Below are positions 36,452 through 51,300 of a stretch of 64,000 nt of DNA, piece after piece. Made by a program: the position numbers and the translations under genes. The stretch is taken from positions 17,697 to 81,696 of the forward strand of contig JAUCBJ010001865.1 of assembly GCA_032718475.1 (NCBI GenBank), read 5' to 3'. The DNA is from Nemertoderma westbladi (lineage: Eukaryota > Animalia > Xenacoelomorpha). Below the pieces are notes generated by a model, which made no database searches, was not told the DNA's origin, and saw only the letters and a list, made by a program, of their open reading frames with translations. Position 1 is the first letter of the stretch. Each line of letters begins with the position of its first letter.

Positions 36452-37106
36452 ACTACTACTACTAAGTCGAGCGAACTCGGACAGCGGAAATGAGATCCTT
36501 CCAGGCTTCCCGATTCTCCAACTACTACTACTAGGTCGAGCGAATTCGGACAGCGGAAATGAGATCCTTCCAGGATTCCCGATTCTCCAACTACTACTAC
36601 TAGGTCGAGCGAATTCGGACAGCGGAAATGAGATCCTTCCAGGATTCCCGATTCTCCAACTACTACTACTAAGTCGAGCGAACTCGGACAGCGGAAATGA
36701 GATCCTTCCAGGCTTCCCGATTCTCCAACTACTACTACTAGGTCGAGCGAACTCGGACAGTGGAAATGAGATCCTTCCAGGCTTCCCGATTCTCCATAGT
36801 TGTCGCAATTTCGTTTCTCCCAAGTTCAGTATCCCTTTCAAGTTGATCTATATATGTTATAGCCGGTCGTCCACGACTACGCTTTCCATGAGTTGGTTGC
36901 CAGAAAAGTAGATCTGGTATGACCTCGTCTTTACTTCGCCAGCAGTGCCCACTGAATCTTAATCTGCGTTCACGGAGGGTGGTTGATACAGGTGGTATTG
37001 TACCATAAAGCTCGGCGTTTGTAATGTGTTGTCCCCAGTTGATGTTTATGGCTGCCCTTAGTAGTCTTGTGTAGCAGCCATCAATTAATTCGTAGTTCAA
37101 GTGATT
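36452..37106 (-). mobile_element. Short 5'-truncated copy of the same RTE-like LINE with its 69-bp 3' end tandemly repeated
   Basis: 36728-37106 matches ~1275-1650 in reverse complement; four extra 69-bp terminal units at 36452-36727. Confidence 0.92.
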
Positions 37107-37435
37107 GTATCCTTGTATCCTATCTTTGGTTTTTGTGTCTATTGTTATGATTTTACTCTACAGTAGCGTTGTTAATATTTCGCATTAACAATAAAATTCA
37201 AGCATTAACACGTTGCTACGGAAACTGGTGCCGTTTCCAGGTAGTTTTTTTGGTAATATCAGAGGCGTTGTCGAATGAAAGTTCTCTTGTTTGTACTTAA
37301 CATGTGTACAAATTAATGAACTTGACACCTTAACAATGAACCTTGACAACTTAACAAATGTACGATTATACAATTGTACGATTGTCAAATGTACGTATGA
37401 TCAGATTACCTGATTACCCAATGGGTGCATTGACA

Positions 37436-40400
37436 CTAGCTCCACTCATACTTACCGTAACTACCCAAGGAGTGGCCCAGCTCCCACTCAAACTTACCGT
37501 AACTACCCAAGGAGTGTCCCAGGCCAGCTCCCACTCATACTTACCGAACTACCCAAGGAGTGGTCCAGCTCCCACTCATACTTACCGGACTACCCAAGGA
37601 GTGGCCCAGCTCCCACTCATACTTACCTGACTACCCAAGGAGTGGTCCAGCTCCCACTCATACTTACCGGACTACCCAAGGAGTGGTCCAGCTCCCACTC
37701 ATACTTACCGGACTACCCAAGGAGTGGCCCAGCGCCCACTCATACTTACCGGACTACCCAAGGAGTGGCCCAGCGCCCACTCATACTTACCGTAACTACC
37801 CAAGGAGTGGCCCAGCTCCCACTCATACTTACCGGACTACCCAAGGAGTAGTCCAGCTCCCACTCATACTTACCGGACTACCCAAGGAGTGGCCCAGCGC
37901 CCACTCATACTTACCGGACTACCCAAGGAGTGGCCCAGCGCCCACTCATACTTAACTGGACTACCCAAGGAGTGGTCCCGCTCCCACTCATACTTACCGT
38001 AACTACCCAAGGAGTGGCCCAGCTCCCACTCATACTTACCGGACTACCCAAGGAGTGGTCCAGCTCCCACTCATACTTACCGGACTACCCAAGGAGTGGT
38101 CCAGCTCCCACTCATACTTAACTGGACTACCCAAGGAGTGGTCCCGCTCCCACTCACTCATACTTACCGGACTACCCAAGGAGTGGTCCAGCTCCCACTC
38201 ATACTTACCGGACTACCCAAGGAGTGGTCCAGCGCCCCCTCATACTTAACTGGACTACCCAAGGAGTGGTCCCGCTCCCACTCATACTTACCGGACTACC
38301 CAAGGAGTGGTCCAGCTCCCACTCATACTTACCGGACTACCCAAGGAGTGGCCCAGCGCCCACTCATACTTACCGGACTACCCAAGGAGTGGCCCAGCGC
38401 CCACTCATACTTACCGTAACTACCCAAGGAGTGGCCCAGCTCCCACTCATACTTACCGGACTACCCAAGGAGTGGCCCAGCGCCCACTCATACTTACCGG
38501 ACTACCCAAGGAGTGGCCCAGCGCCCACTCATACTTAACTGGACTACCCAAGGAGTGGTCCAGCTCCCACTCATACTTACCGGACTACCCAAGGAGTGGT
38601 CCAGCTCCCACTCATACTTACCGGACTACCCAAGGAGTGGCCCAGCTCCCACTCATACTTACCGGACTACCCAAGGAGTGGTCCAGCTCCCACTCATACT
38701 TACCGTAACTACCCAAGGAGTGGCCCAGCTCCCACTCAAACTTAACTGGACTACCCAAGGAGTGGCCCAGCTCCCACTCATAGTTACCGAACTACCCAAG
38801 GAGTGGCCCAGCGCCCACTCATACTTACCGGACTACCCAAGGAGTGGCCCAGCGCCCACTCATACTTACCGTAACTACCCAAGGAGTGGCCCAGCTCCCA
38901 CTCAAACTTAACTGGACTACCCAAGGAGTGGCCCAGCTCCCACTCATAGTTACCGAACTACCCAAGGAGTGGCCCAGCGCCCACTCATACTTACCGGACT
39001 ACCCAAGGAGTGGTCCAGCTCCCACTCATACTTACCGTAACTACCCAAGGAGTGGCCCAGCTCCCACTCAAACTTAACTGGACTACCCAAGGAGTGGCCC
39101 AGCTCCCACTCATAGTTACCGAACTACCCAAGGAGTGGCCCAGCGCCCACTCATACTTACTGTAACTACCCAAGGAGTGGCCCAGCTCCCACTCATACTT
39201 ACCGGACTACCCAAGGAGTGGCCCAGCGCCCACTCATACTTACCGGACTACCCAAGGAGTGGCCCAGCGCCCACTCATACTTACCGTAACTACCCAAGGA
39301 GTGGCCCAGCTCCCACTCATACTTACCGGACTACCCAAGGAGTGGTCCCGCTCCCACTCATACTTACCGGACTACCCAAGGAGTGGTCCAGCTCCCACTC
39401 ATACTTACCGGACTACCCAAGGAGTGGTCCAGCGCCCCCTCATACTTAACTGGACTACCCAAGGAGTGGTCCCGCTCCCACTCATACTTACCGGACTACC
39501 CAAGGAGTGGTCCAGCTCCCACTCATACTTACCGGACTACCCAAGGAGTGGCCCAGCGCCCACTCATACTTACCGGACTACCCAAGGAGTGGCCCAGCGC
39601 CCACTCATACTTACCGTAACTACCCAAGGAGTGGCCCAGCTCCCACTCATACTTACCGGACTACCCAAGGAGTGGTCCAGCTCCCACTCATACTTACCGG
39701 ACTACCCAAGGAGTGGCCCAGCTCCCACTCATACTTACCGGACTACCCAAGGAGTGGTCCAGCTCCCACTCATACTTACCGTAACTACCCAAGGAGTGGC
39801 CCAGCTCCCACTCAAACTTAACTGGACTACCCAAGGAGTGGCCCAGCTCCCACTCATAGTTACCGAACTACCCAAGGAGTGGCCCAGCGCCCACTCATAC
39901 TTACCTGACTACCCAAGGAGTGGCCCAGCGCCCACTCATACTTACCGTAACTACCCAAGGAGTGGCCCAGCTCCCACTCAAACTTAACTGGACTACCCAA
40001 GGAGTGGCCCAGCTCCCACTCATAGTTACCGAACTACCCAAGGAGTGGCCCAGCGCCCACTCATACTTACCGGACTACCCAAGGAGTGGTCCAGCTCCCA
40101 CTCATACTTACCGTAACTACCCAAGGAGTGGCCCAGCTCCCACTCAAACTTAACTGGACTACCCAAGGAGTGGCCCAGCTCCCACTCATAGTTACCGAAC
40201 TACCCAAGGAGTGGCCCAGCGCCCACTCATACTTACTGTAACTACCCAAGGAGTGGCCCAGCTCCCACTCATACTTACCGGACTACCCAAGGAGTGGCCC
40301 AGCGCCCACTCATACTTACCGGACTACCCAAGGAGTGGCCCAGCGCCCACTCATACTTACCGTAACTACCCAAGGAGTGGCCCAGCTCCCACTCATACTT

Positions 40401-42139
40401 ACCGGACTACCCAAGGAGTGGTCCAGCTCCCACTCATACTTACCGGACTACCCAAGGAGTGGCCCAGCGCCCACTCATACTTACCGGACTACCCAAGGAG
40501 TGGCCCAGCGCCCACTCATACTTAACTGGACTACCCAAGGAGTGGTCCCGCTCCCACTCATACTTACCGTAACTACCCAAGGAGTGGCCCAGCTCCCACT
40601 CATACTTACCGGACTACCCAAGGAGTGGTCCAGCTCCCACTCATACTTACCGGACTACCCAAGGAGTGGTCCAGCTCCCACTCATACTTAACTGGACTAC
40701 CCAAGGAGTGGTCCCGCTCCCACTCATACTTACCGGACTACCCAAGGAGTGGTCCAGCTCCCACTCATACTTACCGGACTACCCAAGGAGTGGTCCAGCG
40801 CCCCCTCATACTTAACTGGAGTACCCAAGGAGTGGTCCCGCTCCCACTCATACTTACCGGACTACCCAAGGAGTGGTCCAGCTCCCACTCATACTTACCG
40901 GACTACCCAAGGAGTGGCCCAGCGCCCACTCATACTTACCGGACTACCCAAGGAGTGGCCCAGCGCCCACTCATACTTACCGTAACTACCCAAGGAGTGG
41001 CCCAGCTCCCACTCATACTTACCGGACTACCCAAGGAGTGGTCCAGCTCCCACTCATACTTACCGGACTACCCAAGGAGTGGCCCAGCTCCCACTCATAC
41101 TTACCGGACTACCCAAGGAGTGGTCCAGCTCCCACTCATACTTACCGTAACTACCCAAGGAGTGGCCCAGCTCCCACTCATACTTAACTGGACTACCCAA
41201 GGAGTGGCCCAGCTCCCACTCATAGTTACCGAACTACCCAAGGAGTGGCCCAGCGCCCACTCATACTTACCGGACTACCCAAGGAGTGGCCCAGCGCCCA
41301 CTCAAACTTAACTGGACTACCCAAGGAGTGGCCCAGCTCCCACTCATAGTTACCGAACTACCCAAGGAGTGGCCCAGCGCCCACTCATACTTACCGGACT
41401 ACCCAAGGAGTGGCCCAGCTCCCACTCATAGTTACCGAACTACCCAAGGAGTGGCCCAGCGCCCACTCATACTTACCGGACTACCCAAGGAGTGGCCCAG
41501 CGCCCACTCAAACTTAACTGGACTACCCAAGGAGTGGCCCAGCTCCCACTCATAGTTACCGAACTACCCAAGGAGTGGCCCAGCGCCCACTCATACTTAC
41601 CGGACTACCCAAGGAGTGGCCCAGCGCCCACTCATACTTACCGTAACTACCCAAGGAGTGGCCCAGCTCCCACTCAAACTTAACTGGACTACCCAAGGAG
41701 TGGCCCAGCTCCCACTCATAGTTACCGAACTACCCAAGGAGTGGCCCAGCGCCCACTCATACTTACCGGACTACCCAAGGAGTGGACCAGCTCCCACTCA
41801 TACTTACCGTAACTACCCAAGGAGTGGCCCAGCTCCCACTCAAACTTAACTGGACTACCCAAGGAGTGGCCCAGCTCCCACTCATAGTTACCGAACTACC
41901 CAAGGAGTGGCCCAGCGCCCACTCATACTTACTGTAACTACCCAAGGAGTGGCCCAGCTCCCACTCATACTTACCGGACTACCCAAGGAGTGGCCCAGCG
42001 CCCACTCATACTTACCGGACTACCCAAGGAGTGGCCCAGCGCCCACTCATACTTACCGTAACTACCCAAGGAGTGGCCCAGCTCCCACTCATACTTACCG
42101 GACTACCCAAGGAGTGGCACAGCACCCACTCATACTTAC
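37436..42139 (-). repeat. 41-bp satellite = last 27 nt of exon D plus 5' splice site (~110 copies)
   Basis: Minus-strand unit GAGCTGGGCCACTCCTTGGGTAGTCCG|GTAAGTATGAGTGG; 1076-bp higher-order repeat visible. Confidence 0.95.
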
Positions 42140-42303
42140 CGGACTACCCAAGGAGTGGCCCAGCTCGTGAGCAAATGTGATGTGCGATATAGTGGTTGGA
42201 ACTCGTGAGCCGAAGTTATTGATAGAAACAACTCCGACGTTAATAGTTCTGTATCCCCGTGATCCGAAGTTGATCTTCTTCTGGCAAATACCTCCAACTG
42301 GAC
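42140..42303 (-). CDS. ADAM10: ADAM10-like exon D (Zn-binding HExxH motif)
   Basis: ttcag|GT CCA...AGT CCG|gtaagt; (G)PVGGICQKKINFGSRGYRTINVGVVSINNFGSRVPTTISHITFAHELGHSLGSP, compare ADAM10 VSHITFAHEVGHNFGSP. Confidence 0.95.
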
Positions 42304-45300
42304 CTGAACAAAGTAAAAATATAGAAACATAACCAACTGGACCTGTACAAGGTAAAAATATAGAAACATAACCAACTGGACCTGTACAAAGTAAAAATAT
42401 AGAAACATAACCAACTGGACCTGTACAAAGTAAAAATATAGAAACATAACCAACTGGACCTGTACAAAGTAAAAATATAGAAACATAACCAACTGGACCT
42501 GTACAAAGTAAAAATATAGAAACATAACCAACTGGACCTGTACAAAGTAAAAATATAGAAACATAACCAACTGGACCTGTACAAAGTAAAAATATAGAAA
42601 CATAACCAACTGGACCTGAACAAAGTAAAAATATAGAAACATAACCAACTGGACCTGTACAAAGTAAAAATATAGAAACATAACCAACTGGACCTGTACA
42701 AAGTAAAAATATAGAAACATAACCAACTGGACCTGTACAAAGTAAAAATATAGAAACATAACCAACTGGACCTGTACAAAGTAAAAATATAGAAACATAA
42801 CCAACTGGACCTGTACAAAGTAAAAATATAGAAACATAACCAACTGGACCTGTATAAAGTAAAAATATAGAAACATAACCAACTGGACCTGTACAAAGTA
42901 AAAATATAGAAACATAACCAACTGGACCTGTACAAAGTAAAAATATAGAAACATAACCAACTGGACCTGTACAAAGTAAAAATATAGAAATATAACCAAC
43001 TGGACCTGTACAAGGTAAAAATATAGAAACATAACCAACTGGACCTGTACAAGGTAAAAATATAGAAACATAACCAACTGGACCTGTACAAAGTAAAAAT
43101 ATAGAAACATAACCAACTGGACCTGTACAAAGTAAAAATATAGAAACATAACCAACTGGACCTGTGTACAAAGTAAAAATATAGAAACATAACCAACTGG
43201 ACCTGTACAAAGTAAAAATATAGAAATATAACCAACTGGACCTGTACAAAGTAAAAATATAGAAACATAACCAACTGGACCTGAACAAAGTAAAAATATA
43301 GAAACATAACCAACTGGACCTGTACAAAGTAAAAATATAGAAATATAACCAACTGGACCTGTACAAGGTAAAAATATAGAAACATAACCAACTGGACCTG
43401 TACAAAGTAAAAATATAGAAACATAACCAACTGGACCTGTACAAAGTAAAAATATAGAAACATAACCAACTGGACCTGTACAAAGTAAAAATATAGAAAC
43501 ATAACCAACTGGACCTGTACAAAGTAAAAATATAGAAACATAACCAACTGGACCTGTATAAAGTAAAAATATAGAAACATAACCAACTGGACCTGTACAA
43601 AGTAAAAATATAGAAACATAACCAACTGGACCTGAACAAAGTAAAAATATAGAAACATAACCAACTGGACCTGTACAAAGTAAAAATATAGAAATATAAC
43701 CAACTGGACCTGTACAAGGTAAAAATATAGAAACATAACCAACTGGACCTGTACAAGGTAAAAATATAGAAACATAACCAACTGGACCTGTACAACGTAA
43801 AAATATAGAAACATAACCAACTGGACCTGTACAAAGTAAAAATATAGAAACATAACCAACTGGACCTGAACAAAGTAAAAATATAGAAACATAACCAACT
43901 GGACCTGTACAAAGTAAAAATATAGAAATATAACCAACTGGACCTGTACAAGGTAAAAATATAGAAACATAACCAACTGGACCTGTACAAAGTAAAAATA
44001 TAGAAACATAACCAACTGGACCTGTACAAAGTAAAAATATAGAAACATAACCAACTGGACCTGTACAAAGTAAAAATATAGAAACATAACCAAATGGACC
44101 TGTACAAAGTAAAAATATAGAAACATAACCAACTGGACCTGTATAAAGTAAAAATATAGAAACATAACCAACTGGACCTGTACAAAGTAAAAATATAGAA
44201 ACATAACCAACTGGACCTGAACAAAGTAAAAATATAGAAACATAACCAACTGGACCTGTACAAAGTAAAAATATAGAAATATAACCAACTGGACCTGTAC
44301 AAGGTAAAAATATAGAAACATAACCAACTGGACCTGTACAAGGTAAAAATATAGAAACATAACCAACTGGACCTGTACAAAGTAAAAATATAGAAACATA
44401 ACCAACTGGACCTGTACAAAGTAAAAATATAGAAACATAACCAACTGGACCTGAACAAAGTAAAAATATAGAAACATAACCAACTGGACCTGTACAAAGT
44501 AAAAATATAGAAACATAACCAACTGGACCTGTACAAGGTAAAAATATAGAAACATAACCAACTGGACCTGTACAACGTAAAAATATAGAAACATAACCAA
44601 CTGGACCTGTACAAAGTAAAAATATAGAAACATAACCAACTGGACCTGTGTACAAAGTAAAAATATAGAAACATAACCAACTGGACCTGTACAAAGTAAA
44701 AATATAGAAATATAACCAACTGGACCTGTACAAAGTAAAAATATAGAAACATAACCAACTGGACCTGTACAAAGTAAAAATATAGAAACATAACCAACTG
44801 GACCTGAACAAAGTAAAAATATAGAAACATAACCAACTGGACCTGTACAAAGTAAAAATATAGAAACATAACCAACTGGACCTGTACAAGGTAAAAATAT
44901 AGAAACATAACCAACTGGACCTGTACAAAGTAAAAATATAGAAACATAACCAACTGGACCTGTACAAAGTAAAAATATAGAAACATAACCAACTGGACCT
45001 GTACAAAGTAAAAATATAGAAACATAACCAACTGGACCTGTACAAGGTAAAAATATAGAAACATAACCAACTGGACCTGTACAAAGTAAAAATATAGAAA
45101 CATAACCAACTGGACCTGTACAAAGTAAAAATATAGAAATATAACCAACTGGACCTGTACAAGGTAAAAATATAGAAACATAACCAACTGGACCTGTACA
45201 AGGTAAAAATATAGAAACATAACCAACTGGACCTGTACAAAGTAAAAATATAGAAACATAACCAACTGGACCTGTACAAAGTAAAAATATAGAAACATAA

Positions 45301-48300
45301 CCAACTGGACCTGAACAAAGTAAAAATATAGAAACATAACCAACTGGACCTGTACAAAGTAAAAATATAGAAACATAACCAACTGGACCTGTACAAGGTA
45401 AAAATATAGAAACATAACCAACTGGACCTGTACAACGTAAAAATATAGAAACATAACCAACTGGACCTGTACAAAGTAAAAATATAGAAACATAACCAAC
45501 TGGACCTGTGTACAAAGTAAAAATATAGAAACATAACCAACTGGACCTGTACAAAGTAAAAATATAGAAATATAACCAACTGGACCTGTACAAAGTAAAA
45601 ATATAGAAACATAACCAACTGGACCTGTACAAAGTAAAAATATAGAAACATAACCAACTGGACCTGAACAAAGTAAAAATATAGAAACATAACCAACTGG
45701 ACCTGAACAAAGTAAAAATATAGAAACATAACCAACTGGACCTGTACAAAGTAAAAATATAGAAATATAACCAACTGGACCTGTACAAGGTAAAAATATA
45801 GAAACATAACCAACTGGACCTGTACAAAGTAAAAATATAGAAACATAACCAACTGGACCTGTACAAAGTAAAAATATAGAAACATAACCAACTGGACCTG
45901 TACAAAGTAAAAATATAGAAACATAACCAAATGGACCTGTACAAAGTAAAAATATAGAAACATAACCAACTGGACCTGTATAAAGTAAAAATATAGAAAC
46001 ATAACCAACTGGACCTGTACAAAGTAAAAATATAGAAACATAACCAACTGGACCTGAACAAAGTAAAAATATAGAAACATAACCAACTGGACCTGTACAT
46101 GGTAAAAATATAGAAACATAACCAACTGGACCTGTACAAAGTAAAAATATAGAAACATAACCAACTGGACCTGTACAAGGTAAAAATATAGAAACATAAC
46201 CAACTGGACCTGTACAAAGTAAAAATATAGAAACATAACCAAATGGACCTGTACAAAGTAAAAATATAGAAACATAACCAACTGGACCTGTACAAAGTAA
46301 AAATATAGAAATATAACCAACTGGACCTGTACAAGGTAAAAATATAGAAACATAACCAACTGGACCTGTACAAGGTAAAAATATAGAAACATAACCAACT
46401 GGACCTGTACAAAGTAAAAATATAGAAACATAACCAACTGGACCTGTACAAAGTAAAAATATAGAAACATAACCAACTGGACCTGAACAAAGTAAAAATA
46501 TAGAAACATAACCAACTGGACCTGTACAAAGTAAAAATATAGAAACATAACCAACTGGACCTGTACAAGGTAAAAATATAGAAACATAACCAACTGGACC
46601 TGTACAACGTAAAAATATAGAAACATAACCAACTGGACCTGTACAAAGTAAAAATATAGAAACATAACCAACTGGACCTGTGTACAAAGTAAAAATATAG
46701 AAACATAACCAACTGGACCTGTACAAAGTAAAAATATAGAAATATAACCAACTGGACCTGTACAAAGTAAAAATATAGAAACATAACCAACTGGACCTGT
46801 ACAAAGTAAAAATATAGAAACATAACCAACTGGACCTGAACAAAGTAAAAATATAGAAACATAACCAACTGGACCTGAACAAAGTAAAAATATAGAAACA
46901 TAACCAACTGGACCTGTACAAAGTAAAAATATAGAAATATAACCAACTGGACCTGTACAAGGTAAAAATATAGAAACATAACCAACTGGACCTGTACAAA
47001 GTAAAAATATAGAAACATAACCAACTGGACCTGTACAAAGTAAAAATATAGAAACATAACCAACTGGACCTGTACAAAGTAAAAATATAGAAACATAACC
47101 AAATGGACCTGTACAAAGTAAAAATATAGAAACATAACCAACTGGACCTGTATAAAGTAAAAATATAGAAACATAACCAACTGGACCTGTACAAAGTAAA
47201 AATATAGAAACATAACCAACTGGACCTGAACAAAGTAAAAATATAGAAACATAACCAACTGGACCTGTACAAAGTAAAAATATAGAAATATAACCAACTG
47301 GACCTGTACAAGGTAAAAATATAGAAACATAACCAACTGGACCTGTACAAGGTAAAAATATAGAAACATAACCAACTGGACCTGTACAAAGTAAAAATAT
47401 AGAAACATAACCAACTGGACCTGTACAAAGTAAAAATATAGAAACATAACCAACTGGACCTGAACAAAGTAAAAATATAGAAACATAACCAACTGGACCT
47501 GTACAAAGTAAAAATATAGAAACATAACCAACTGGACCTGTACAAGGTAAAAATATAGAAACATAACCAACTGGACCTGTACAACGTAAAAATATAGAAA
47601 CATAACCAACTGGACCTGTACAAAGTAAAAATATAGAAACATAACCAACTGGACCTGTGTACAAAGTAAAAATATAGAAACATAACCAACTGGACCTGTA
47701 CAAAGTAAAAATATAGAAATATAACCAACTGGACCTGTACAAAGTAAAAATATAGAAACATAACCAACTGGACCTGTACAAAGTAAAAATATAGAAACAT
47801 AACCAACTGGACCTGAACAAAGTAAAAATATAGAAACATAACCAACTGGACCTGTACAAAGTAAAAATATAGAAACATAACCAACTGGACCTGTACAAGG
47901 TAAAAATATAGAAACATAACCAACTGGACCTGTACAAAGTAAAAATATAGAAACATAACCAACTGGACCTGTACAAAGTAAAAATATAGAAACATAACCA
48001 ACTGGACCTGTACAAAGTAAAAATATAGAAACATAACCAACTGGACCTGTACATGGTAAAAATATAGAAACATAACCAACTGGACCTGTACAAAGTAAAA
48101 ATATAGAAACATAACCAACTGGACCTGTACATGGTAAAAATATAGAAATATAACCAACTGGACCTGTACAAGGTAAAAATATAGAAACATAACCAACTGG
48201 ACCTGTACAAGGTAAAAATATAGAAACATAACCAACTGGACCTGTACAAAGTAAAAATATAGAAACATAACCAACTGGACCTGTACAAAGTAAAAATATA

Positions 48301-51300
48301 GAAACATAACCAACTGGACCTGAACAAAGTAAAAATATAGAAACATAACCAACTGGACCTGTACAAAGTAAAAATATAGAAACATAACCAACTGGACCTG
48401 TACAAAGTAAAAATATAGAAACATAACCAACTGGACCTGTACAAGGTAAAAATATAGAAACATAACCAACTGGACCTGTACAAGGTAAAAATATAGAAAC
48501 ATAACCAACTGGACCTGTACAAAGTAAAAATATAGAAACATAACCAACTGGACCTGTACAAAGTAAAAATATAGAAACATAACCAACTGGACCTGTACAA
48601 AGTAAAAATATAGAAACATAACCAACTGGACCTGTACAAGGTAAAAATATAGAAACATAACCAACTGGACCTGTACAAAGTAAAAATATCGAAACATAAC
48701 CAACTGGACCTGTACAAAGTAAAAATATAGAAACATAACCAACTGGACCTGAACAAAGTAAAAATATAGAAACATAACCAACTGGACCTGTACAAAGTAA
48801 AAATATAGAAACATAACCAACTGGACCTGTACAAAGTAAAAATATAGAAACATAACCAACTGGACCTGTACAAGGTAAAAATATAGAAACATAACCAACT
48901 GGACCTGTACAAAGTAAAAATATCGAAACATAACCAACTGGACCTGTGTATAAAGTAAAAATATAGAAACATAACCAACTGGACCTGTACAAAGTAAAAA
49001 TATCGAAACATAACCAACAGGACCTGTGTATAAAGTAAAAATATAGAAACATAACCAACTGGACCTGTACAAAGTAAAAATATAGAAACATAACCAACTG
49101 GACCTGTACAAAGTAAAAATATCGAAACATAACCAACTGGACCTGTGTATAAAGTAAAAATATAGAAACATAACCAACTGGACCTGTACAAAGTAAAAAT
49201 ATAGAAACATAACCAACTGGACCTGTACAAAGTAAAAATATAGAAACATAACCAACTGGACCTGAACAAAGTAAAAATATAGAAACATAACCAACTGGAC
49301 CTGTACAAGGTAAAAATATCGAAACATAACCAACTGGACCTGTACAAAGTAAAAATATAGAAACATAACCAACTGGACCTGTACAAGGTAAAAATATCGA
49401 AACATAACCAACAGGACCTGTGTATAAAGTAAAAATATAGAAACATAACCAACTGGACCTGTACAAAGTAAAAATATAGAAACATAACCAACTGGACCTG
49501 TACAAGGTAAAAATATAGAAACATAACCAACTGGACCTGTACAAGGTAAAAATATAGAAACATAACCAACTGGACCTGTACAAAGTAAAAATATAGAAAC
49601 ATAACCAACTGGACCTGTACAAAGTAAAAATATAGAAACATAACCAACTGGACCTGTACAAAGTAAAAATATAGAAACATAACCAACTGGACCTGAACAA
49701 AGTAAAAATATAGAAACATAACCAACTGGACCTGTACAAAGTAAAAATATAGAAACATAACCAACTGGACCTGTACAAGGTAAAAATATAGAAACATAAC
49801 CAACTGGACCTGTACAAGGTAAAAATATAGAAACATAACCAACTGGACCTGTACAAAGTAAAAATATAGAAACATAACCAACTGGACCTGAACAAAGTAA
49901 AAATATAGAAACATAACCTACTGGACCTGAACCAAGTAAAAATATAGAAACATAACCAACTGGACCCGAACAAAGTAAAAATATAGAAACATAACCAACT
50001 GGACCAGTATAAGGTAAAAATATAGAAACATAACCAACTGGACCTGTATAAAGTAAAAATATAGAAACATAACCAACTGGACCTGTACAAGGTAAAAATA
50101 TAGAAACATAACCAACTGGACCTGTACAAAGTAAAAATATAGAAACATAACCAACTGGACCTGTGTACAAAGTAAAAATATAGAAACATAATCAACTGGA
50201 CCTGAACAAAGTAAAAATATAGAAACATAACCAACTGGACCTGTATAAAGTAAAAATATAGAAACATAACCAACTGGACCTGTACAAAGTAAAAATATAG
50301 AAACATAACCAACTGGACCTGTACAAAGTAAAAATATAGAAACATAACCAACTGGACCTGTACAAAGTAAAAATATAGAAACATAACCAACTGGACCTGA
50401 ACAAAGTAAAAATATAGAAACATAACCAACTGGACCTGTACAAAGTAAAAATATAGAAACATAACCAACTGGACCTGTACAAAGTAAAAATATAGAAACA
50501 TAACCAACTGGACCTGTACAAAGTAAAAATATAGAAACATAACCAACTGGACCTGTACAAAGTAAAAATATAGAAACATAACCAACTGGACCTGTACAAG
50601 GTAAAAATATAGAAACATAACCAACTGGACCTGTACAAAGTAAAAATATAGAAACATAACCAACTGGACCTGTACAAGGTAAAAATATAGAAACATAACC
50701 AACTGGACCTGTACAAAGTAAAAATATAGAAACATAACCAACTGGACCTGTACAAAGTAAAAATATAGAAACATAACCAACTGGACCTGTACAAAGTAAA
50801 AATATAGAAACATAACCAACTGGACCTGTATAAAGTAAAAATATAGAAATATAACCAACTGGACCTGTACAAAGTAAAAATATAGAAACATAACCAACTG
50901 GACCTGTACAAAGTAAAAATATAGAAACATAACCAACTGGACCTGAACAAAGTAAAAATATAGAAACATAACCAACTGGATCTGAACAAAGTAAAAATAT
51001 AGAAACATAACCAACTGGACCTGTACAAAGTAAAAATATAGAAACATAACCAACTGGACCTGTACAAAGTAAAAATATAGAAACATAACCAACTGGACCT
51101 GAACAAAGTAAAAATATAGAAACATAACCAACTGGACCTGTACAAAGTAAAAATATAGAAACATAACCAACTGGACCTGAACAAAGTAAAAATATAGAAA
51201 CATAACCAACTGGATCTGAACAAAGTAAAAATATAGAAACATAACCAACTGGACCTGTACAAAGTAAAAATATAGAAACATAACCAACTGGACCTGAACA

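Noticed and set aside
37358-42170. CRISPR-like array or repetitive protein genes
   Set aside because: Head-to-tail repeats without unique spacers, no cas genes, eukaryotic context; same applies to 63040-63731 and 3625-3833
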